From Eledone cirrhosa (lineage: Eukaryota), in the NCBI GenBank assembly GCA_964016885.1, contig OZ024740.1, positions 416,950,001 through 417,014,000 of the forward strand: a DNA stretch of 64,000 nucleotides. Direction: 5' to 3'. Below the pieces are notes generated by a model. The model was not told where the DNA came from. It saw only the letters and a program-made list of their open reading frames with translations, and searched no databases. Numbering within the stretch: the first letter of the stretch is position 1; each line of letters begins with the position of its first letter. Shown piece by piece: positions 60,640 through 64,000 of the stretch. Both the position numbers and the translations under genes were made by a program.

Positions 60640-63600
60640 CATATACTCCTCACTAGATAACACTACCTCAATGATCATAGCATATACTCCTCACTAGATA
60701 ACACTACCTCAATGATCATAGCATATACTCCTCACTAGATAACACTACCTCAATGATCATAGCATATACTCCTCACTAGATAACACTACTACAATGATCA
60801 TAGCATATACTCCTCACTAGATAACACTACCTCAATGATCATAGCATATACTCCTCACTAGATAACACTACCTCAATGATCATAGCATATACTCCTCACT
60901 ATATAACACTACTACAATGATCATAGCATATACTCCTCACTAGATAACACTACCTCAATGATCATAGCATATACTCCTCACTAGATAACACTACCTCAAT
61001 GAAAGCATATACTCCTCACTAGATAACACTACCTCAATGAAAGCATATACTCCTCACTAGATAACACTACCTCAATGATCATAGCATATACTCCTTACTA
61101 GATAACACTACCTCAATGATCATAGCATATGCTCCTCACTAGATAACACTACCTCAATGAAAGCATATACTCCTCACTAGATAACACTACCTCAATGAAA
61201 GCATATACTCCTCACTAGATAACACTACCTCAATGATCATAGCATATACTCCTTACTACATAACACTACCTCAATGATCATAGCATATACTCCTCACTAG
61301 ATAACACTACCTCAATGATCATAGCATATACTCCTCACTAGATAACACTACCTCAATGATCATAGCATATACTCCTCACTAGATTACACTACCTCAATGA
61401 TCATATCATATACTCCTCACTAGATAACACTACCTCAATGATCATAACATATACTCCTCACTAGATAACACTACCTCAATGATCATAGCATATACTCCTC
61501 ACTAGATAACACTACCTCAATGATCATAGCATATACTCCTCACTAGATAACACTACCTCAATGATCATAGCATATACTCCTCACTAGATAACACTACTAC
61601 GATGATCATAGCATATACTCCTCACTAGATAACACTACCTCAATGATCATAGCATATACTCCTTACTAGATAACACTACCTCAATGATCATAGCATATAC
61701 TCCTCACTAGATAACACTACCTCAATGATCATAGCATATACTCCTCACTAGATAACACTACCTCAATGATCATAGCATATACTCCTCACTAGATAACACT
61801 ACCTCAATGATCATAGCATATACTCCTCACTAGATAACACTACCTCAATGATCATAACATATACTCCTCACTAGATAACACTACCTCAATGATCATAGCA
61901 TATACTCCTTACTAGATAACACTACCTCAATGATCATAGCATATACTCCTCACTAGATAACACTACCTCAATGATCATAGCATATACTCCTCACTAGATA
62001 ATACTTCTACAATGATCATATCATATACTCCTCACTAGATAACACTACTACAATGATCATATCATATACTCCTCACTAGATAACACTACCTCAATGATCA
62101 TATCATATACTCCTCACTAGATAACTCTACCTCAATGATCATATCATATACTCCTCACGAGATGACACTACTACAATGATCATATCATATACTCCTCACT
62201 AGATAACACTACTACAATGATCATATCATATACTCCTCACTAGATAACACTACTACAATGATCATATCATATACTCCTCACTAGATAACACTACCTCAAT
62301 GATCATAGCATATACTCCTTACTAGATAACACTACCTCAATGATCATAGCATATACTCCTCACTAGATAACACTACCTCAATGATCATAGCATATACTCC
62401 TCAATAGATAACACTACTACAATGATCATAGCATATACTCCTCAATAGATAACACTACTACAATGATCATAGCATATACTCCTCACTAGATAACACTACC
62501 TCAATGATCATATCATATACTCCTCACTAGATAACACTACCTCAATGATCATAGCATATACTCCTCACTAGATAACACTACCTCAATGATCATAGCATAT
62601 ACTCCTCACTAGATAACACTACCTCAATGATCATAGCATATACTCCTCACTAGATAACACTACTACAATGATCATAGCATATACTCCTTACTAGATAACA
62701 CTACCTCAATGATCATAGCATATACTCCTCACTAGATAACACTACCTCAATGATCATGGCATATACTCCTCACTAGATAACACTACTACAATGATCATAT
62801 CTTATACTCCTTACTAGATAACACTACCTCAATGAAAGCATATACTCCTCACTAGATAACACTACCTCAATGATCATGGCATATACTCCTCACTAGATAA
62901 CACTACCTCAATGATCATAGCATATACTCCTCACTAGATAACACTACCTCAATGATCATAGCATATACTCCTCACTAGATAACACTACCTCAATAATCAT
63001 ATCATATACTCCTCACTAGATAACACTACTACAATGATCATATCATATACACCTCACTAGATAACACTACTACAATGATCATATCATATACTCCTCACTA
63101 GATAACACTACCTCAATAATCATGGCATATACCTCTCACTAGATAACACTACCTCAATAATCATGGCATATACTCCTCACTAGATAACACTACCTCAATA
63201 ATCATGGCATATACTCCTCACTAGATAACACTACCTCAATAATCATGGCATATACTCCTCACTAGATAACACTACCTCAATAATCATGGCATATACTCCT
63301 CACTAGATAACACTACCTCAATAATCATGGCATATACTCCTCACTAGATAACACTACCTCAATAATCATGGCATATACTCCTCACTAGATAACACTACTA
63401 CAATGATCATACCATATACTCCTCACTAGATAACACTACTACAATGATCATATCTTATACTCCTTACTAGATAACACTACCTCAATAATCATATCATATA
63501 CTCCATACTAGATAACACTTCTACAATGATCATAGCATATACTCCTCACTAGATAACACTACCTCAATGATCATAGCATATACTCCTCACTAGATAACAC

Positions 63601-64000
63601 TACCTCAATGATCATAGCATATACTCCTTACTAGATAACACTACCTCAATGATCATAGCATATACTCCTCAATAGATAACACTACTACAATGATCATAGC
63701 ATATACTCCTCAATAGATAACACTACCTCAATGATCATATCATATACTCCTCACTAGATAACACTACCTCAATGATCATATCATATACTCCTCACTAGAT
63801 AACACTACCTCAATGATCATAGCATATACTCCTTACTAGATAACACTACCTCAATGATCAAAGCATATACTCCTTACTAGATAACACTACCTCAATGATC
63901 ATGGCATATACTCCTCACTAGATAACACTACTACAATGATCATATCTTATACTCCTTACTAGATAACACTACCTCAATGATCATAGCATATACTCCTCAC
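60640..64000. repeat. 41-bp satellite, about 82 copies, runs off the right edge
   Basis: Unit ATATACTCCTCACTAGATAACACTACCTCAATGATCATAGC, some units with a 3-bp deletion. Confidence 0.99.

Overview
AT-rich, repeat-dense eukaryotic DNA; the SINE/LINE families and microsatellite style suggest an octopod cephalopod (inference). Almost all ORFs in the supplied track are artefacts of tandem repeats. The real coding content is a spliced minus-strand gene that I assembled by hand from 13 small GT-AG coding exons (41672 down to 19731; 1041 nt, 347 aa, consistent phases, no stops). It encodes an integrin beta-like protein: signal peptide, PSI, hybrid domain, then I-EGF1-3 and the start of I-EGF4. The 3' end lies beyond the left edge of the window, across a >=19.5 kb 37-bp satellite. 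The main finding is that the two halves of the hybrid domain are spliced directly together, so the whole beta-I (VWA/MIDAS) ligand- and alpha-binding domain appears absent while the PSI, hybrid and almost all I-EGF cysteines are kept. The rest of the window holds an RTE LINE with a PHD-like finger, Dong/R4, Penelope and CR1 remnants, several tRNA-SINE families, piggyBac-, hAT- and mariner-type MITEs, and many mini- and microsatellites.
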